Assembly (NCBI GenBank): GCA_963920595.1
Contig: OY986946.1
Coordinates: 7,254,001 to 7,318,000 of the forward strand
Source of the DNA: Eimeria praecox
Lineage: Eukaryota
Direction of reading: 5' to 3'
Length of the DNA: 64,000 nt
Both the position numbers and the translations under genes were made by a program. The stretch's first letter is position 1. Every line of letters begins with the position of its first letter. Below the pieces are notes generated by a model, which was not told the origin of the DNA, did no database searches, and worked only from the letters and a program-made list of their open reading frames with translations. This document shows, one piece after another, positions 62,930 through 64,000 of this stretch.

Positions 62930-64000
62930 TTATCTACTGTCTCCTTTTGGTTTATCTGTCTCCTTTTGTTTTATCTGTCTCCTTTAACTGTGTGTTGACT
63001 GTCTCCTTTAGCTGTCTCCTATTCGTTTATCTGTCTCCTTTTATTTATCTGTCTCTTATTTATTTATCTGTCTCCTTTTATTTATCTGTCTCCTTTTATT
63101 TATCTGTCTCCTATTCATTTATCTGTCTCCTTTTATCTTATCTGTCTCCTTTTATTTAACTGTCTCTTATTTATTTATCTGTCTCCTTTTATTTTATCTG
63201 TCTCCTATTTATCTGTCTCTTATTTATTTATCTGTCTCCATTTATTTTATCTGTCTCCTTTAGCTGTCTCCTATTCATTTATCTGTCTCCTTTTATTTTA
63301 TCTGTCTCCTTTTATTTAACTGTCTCTTGTTTATTTATCTGTCTCCTTTTATTTTATCTGTCTCCTATCTACCTGTCTCTTCTTTATCTGTCTCCTATCT
63401 ACCTGTCTCTTCGTTGTCTGTCTCCTATCTATCTGTCTCTTCTTTATCTGTCTCTTCTCTGTCTGTATTTGCTGCTGCTGTCTCTTTTCTAACTGTCTCC
63501 TCCCTCTGTCTCCTACTTGCCTGTCTCTCTCTCACAACCTGTCTCTCTTTATCTGTCTCCTTTATTTTATCTGTCTTTCTCTCTTTATCTGTCTCCTTTG
63601 TTTTATCTTTCTGCCTCTGTCTCTGTCTCCTCTTCATCTATCTTTCTGTCTCTCTTTATTATCTATCTGTCTATCTCTTTATCTGTCTCCTCTCTTCTTA
63701 TCTTTCTGTCTCTGTCTCATTTTATCTTTCTGTCTCTTTCTTTCTCTTTTTTATTTTATTTTTATTTTATTGATTTTGTTGTTTGCTGCTTCGTGGAGAC
63801 AGTCGAAAATAATTGATAGAAATTAAAAAAGGAGACAGAGGAAAAGATAGATAGATGGATGGGAGACAGATAAAGAGAGAGATAGATATAAAGACAGAGA
63901 CAGATAAATAGAGAGACAGATATAAAGACAGAGACAGATAAATAGAGAGACAGATATAAAGACAGAGACAGATAAATAGAGAGACAGATATAAAGACAGA
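62930..64000 (+). repeat. TTTATCTGTCTCC minisatellite followed by a GAGACAGATA repeat in EF-1beta intron 2
   Basis: Direct inspection; it starts just after the donor at 62924. Confidence 0.85.

Overview
Eukaryotic, intron-rich DNA with the hallmarks of a coccidian (Eimeria-like) genome: pervasive CAG/GCA repeats in exons, interstitial telomere-like AAACCCT/AGGGTTT tracts in introns, and TGCATGCA motifs. Most ORFs in the supplied track are repeat artefacts. Manual splicing gives nine or ten genes in this order: a putative Spt3-like histone-fold protein (+, 5' end outside the window), RNA polymerase III subunit RPC25 (-), an 11-exon MFS transporter (+), a small RIIa/CATIP-like gene largely missed by the ORF track (-), kinesin-associated protein KAP (-), a Trf4/PAPD5-type poly(A) polymerase (+), a hypothetical membrane protein (+), cathepsin L (-), an importin-alpha-like protein (-) and the start of EF-1beta (+). 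The standout is a 6.5-kb array in intron 3 of the MFS gene. It has 42 tandem ~157-bp units, each made of the true 3' splice site, the first 83 nt of exon 4, a GT and telomere-like decamers. Only the last unit carries the full exon, so 41 frame-breaking decoy exons precede the real one. Smaller tandem copies of exon ends occur in three other genes here. All gene models and family calls come from manual translation and recalled family motifs, not database searches.
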